The notes under the pieces were generated by a model, which did not search any database, was not told where the DNA came from, and saw only the letters and a list, made by a program, of their open reading frames with translations. A DNA stretch of 53,241 bases, the filler included, from Catajapyx aquilonaris (taxonomy: Eukaryota): assembly GCA_000934665.2 (NCBI GenBank). It is 3 parts of 3 records of this genome, joined end to end, with 100 filler letters (N's around TTAATTAATTAA, not from the genome) between each part and the next. Parts side by side here need not be neighbours in the genome. Positions count along the whole stretch, not along the records: positions 35,591 to 53,241 come from JYFJ02006896.1; 2 more parts are not named here. The stretch is one strand, 5' to 3'. A program made the translations under genes and the position numbers. This document shows, piece by piece, positions 50,064 to 53,241 of the stretch. The first letter of the stretch is position 1; each line of letters begins with the position of its first letter.

Positions 50064-51399
50064 TTAACAAAATACTACAGACACCTATTCTCACTAAATC
50101 TTTTAAAAGCCGGACGAAAGTATTGCCTTTGCAAAATATTCCATTGTATGCAACAGCAGTGTCGTGAACTTTGGTCGTTTTGTCTCTCATGAAAAATTTT
50201 CTTCTACGGACTTATGGGGTTTCTGATTTCATTGCTTCTGTTTGTTGCATATAATAAAAATAATATAAAATCATTGTTGCTGGTATTAGGAATTACATCC
50301 AGAAAGGCGCATCCAGAAAGATACGGGGAGGGGGGGATTTGGGGGGGGGCGGGGGTGCAAGGTCACAAGCTTAGGTGAATGTAACTGACAAATTGTCTAA
50401 ATCCCCGTTTAAAATGTCATTAACTGTTGACTAATTTTATGAGAAAAATGGTGACAATTATACATGTATAATTTTCACCAGGGTGTCCACAATGAACCTC
50501 CCTAGTTTCACCTTGCTAATACTGTGACCCGAGCGGCAGGGTACGCACTTAAGAAAAATCAAGATGGGTTCGTTCAAGCACAGTATGTATATTTAACCAG
50601 AGAGTACGTAAAGGATAACAAGGTTAAGGATGGAACGGAAGGTAACCAGAGACGCATAAAGGATAGCTAGGCAAAGGTAGGTAACCTCCAGAGAGGCGTG
50701 ACCGTTGACCAGGATATTGTCCTGGCTACTAAGCCTCGAGTGTAGATCGGCACCCGGTAGTGCCCCAATGCGAGATGGGTATCGATGTTAGCAGGAGTCA
50801 CGTGATAGGTATGCGGGCACGTGGGAAGCCAGGTTGGAATGGTACATGTAGCCTACATTGTGTTACAAACTAACATCCGTCAAGCGGGGCATATTATGAG
50901 TATGGTCAAATTCGGTCACACTACCATTACGCAAGCTAATGGACGATGGTGTCGAAATTGTACACGTGCGAAGGTACACTAATCAAGTTTATGTAAAAAA
51001 AAATCAGTAGCCTTCCACGTGTGATCCTTTAGTGGCAATCACTATTTTAAGCCGATAATCTCCCTCCTCCAAAATTCTCTCCGTCATGTCACGGATGATA
51101 GAGGATACATTCATTATTTGGGGCTGACCACTTTAACTTGCATACTCTCTGTCTTGGAGTTGTGGAAAGTCGAAATTTAAACATGGCCAGCATCACTTCT
51201 GTGATCGACTTAAGCTCGGCTAACCACAACACAACTTGTGTTTTTCCTTCTGTAGATACTAATATGTTTGCATCTTCCAACAGTATGGAACATCCCCCAC
51301 AGGAGCACCACCGCATCACATAGACCATTCCAAAAATTCTGTATGAAACTTGTTGAGTCTCCAGACTGTTTAAACAACAAAATCCTTAAATACCTCTGC

Positions 51400-52551
51400 C
51401 TTTCTATTTTTTTATACCGCAGGAGAGGGCCAAAGAAAAAAAAAACATGAATGATGACGTATCACTATCATTGTCATCGTGTAGTGGCCAATACCAGCCA
51501 ACAGGACAAGTTGTCCGTCACTTAAAGATTATTGGGTCTTGCAAGCTGGGATATACCTGTCCTGCTGCAATAACAACTGCCAAGACCATTGATGGAAAAA
51601 GATTGTCCAGTACTTCAGTGGACATTATGGCCATGTGGACAATCGACTTGGACACATAACCCTGACCACTTCCCAACGTCAGGAGGTCAGGATATTGCAG
51701 GTTGGTATTATCATAAATGAGTAGTATCATTGTATTTATGTATCCTTGATTGGTAACACCAATTTCGGCAGCAGTGGTGGCAGATCGGCGAATAATATCT
51801 GACATACATCAGGCAGTCAGTGGCGATCTTGAAAGACTCCATTTGATCAAGCAGAAGGACCTTCACAATATAAGAGCAGCACATGGCATTCCCTTCGTGG
51901 CGAACAATGATTGTGCAAAACCATGCAAAGTAATGATGCTGTTAGCGTCGCTACTTGGGTGCAAGACATGCAATCTCGAGGACTAAATAATCCTGTCCTC
52001 TTCTACAAAGGACAGGGTGAACCGAATGAGGGTCAAGAAGGTATTGGGGAAGATGATTTTGTGTTAATTATTGTGTATCCATCGCAAAGAGAAATGGTGG
52101 GCAAGTACAGACATGACAGGGTGTGTATTGACTCAACACAGTCATGGAGTCACTCTACGACTTCGAACTGACCACCCTGATGATAATAGATGAGCATGAG
52201 GAAGGGTTTCCTGCTTATGTCTGATGATGAGCCATTGTTTTTTAACGCTTGGGTGCAAGTAATGGGTGTCCTAAGCGCAAATTGCTTTGCTCCTGGCATG
52301 TCTATCGTGCCTGGCAAGGAAAATTAGCTTCCATAAGATGCCTGGAGAAAAGAAAAGAAATGTACCAATGCCTGAAGGTATATGTCAGATGACTTTGGAT
52401 GAGAATAATGTCATATAATTATGCAAAGCTATATATTGGAGCTATTGCAAAAGGATAAAGGTACGAGTACTTTAGATTTCTATGCATACTTTACTGGATA
52501 CTATGACAAAAAAAGAAAGTTGGGCTTATTGCTTCAGGAAAGGAGCTCGAC
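51400..52551 (+). mobile_element. Mutator/MULE transposase pseudogene
   Basis: RHLKIIGSCKLGYTCPA, GHYGH, RLHLIKQKDLHNI, NDAVSVATWV, NPVLFYKGQG, RVCIDST..YDFELTTLMIIDEHEEGFP, MSDD, LLCSWHVYRAW, SWAYCFR; many frameshifts. Confidence 0.85.
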
Positions 52552-52555
52552 TTAA

Positions 52556-53241
52556 AGGGACACTCCAGTCTGAAGACAAGTTGATGTCTAAAAATCAGGC
52601 AAAAAATCCTGACTCCAACGCAAAAATCCGTTTGTCTCAAAACCGAACCGTAACCGGGGTCGCGGGGTCAAATCCTCGCCGTCTGCTAACCAAGCAGAGC
52701 CGCCACTCGGGGAATGGCAGTTTCAATGCGTTTTTCCCTATTCGGGAGTGTCGCCGCCTGCTGAGGATGATGTCAAAACATCAAGCAGTCATACCTTTGG
52801 GATGGACCTAAGCGTTATTGTATGCGCATCTACAATTAGCTGCTACTTTTAGCTGCTAATTAGGTCCATTAATCCCAAGATGGCGGCGCCCGGGGTGTCG
52901 ACAGCACGTTGTAGTCACACGGAGGAGACTAGTACCGGTAAGTACCGGTAGTACCGGCAGTACCGGCTGATATGTAAATGCAGCTGTAAATAAAAGCGTC
53001 AAATGCTGTCGCAGGTGATGTGGAGGACCCCGCCGAGGTTGGCAGTGGCCCCAGTGGGGAAGGAGCGTTTTGTATGTGCGAAATATGTACAGTAGGTACA
53101 TCTGCTAATGCCTCTACCTGCAGTTTCGGAACGGCGTTGGGCTGCAGTCTCCGTGTCTGCTGGTCTGGTCTAAAGGGAAATATAGACTGCCTTTCAAAGT
53201 GATCTAGACACACCCGATGATGTGCCTTGGGTGCGTACGTT
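52556..53241. mobile_element. Second Kolobok-like element (left end only; runs out of the window) inserted in the MULE
   Basis: TTAA|AGGGACACTCCAGTCTGAAGACAAGTTGATGTCTAAAAATCAGGCAAAAAATC is homologous to the TIR of 48597-50063. Confidence 0.75.
52929..53241 (-). CDS. THAP zinc-finger domain C-terminal half (5'-partial), transposon-borne
   Basis: PKAHHRVCLDHF...RRLQPNAVPKL matches the THAP P....VC..HF...L...AVP signature. Confidence 0.75.
   Translation of the reverse strand, partial: TYAPKAHHRVCLDHFERQSIFPFRPDQQTRRLQPNAVPKLQVEALADVPTVHISHIQNAPSPLGPLPTSAGSSTSPATAFDAFIYSCIYISAGTAGTTGTYRY

Overview
Eukaryotic (invertebrate animal, probably arthropod) genomic DNA made of three pieces joined by two artificial 100-bp spacers (N44-TTAATTAATTAA-N44 at 17660-17759 and 35491-35590), so adjacency across them is unproven. 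Piece 1 (1-17659) holds a complete 8-exon fizzy-related/Cdh1 gene (491 aa) and a long multi-exon CPLANE1/JBTS17-like gene that runs up to the gap. Piece 2 (17760-35490) is a transposon graveyard: CACTA, P-element, hAT, LINE, YqaJ-like and MADF/Harbinger remnants, MITEs, a ~1-kb foldback, an isolated F-box exon and a GC-rich orphan ORF. Piece 3 (35591-53241) holds the 3' half of a DUF229 gene, a stop-containing beta-1,4-galactosyltransferase last exon, an intact 5-exon GT31 beta-1,3-glycosyltransferase (GC-AG intron, unusual hydrophobic C-tail), a MULE pseudogene and two related TTAA-flanked Kolobok-like elements. One of these carries a P2X7-ballast-like Cys cluster ORF and the other a THAP domain. 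All family assignments are from motif recognition by eye; no searches were run.
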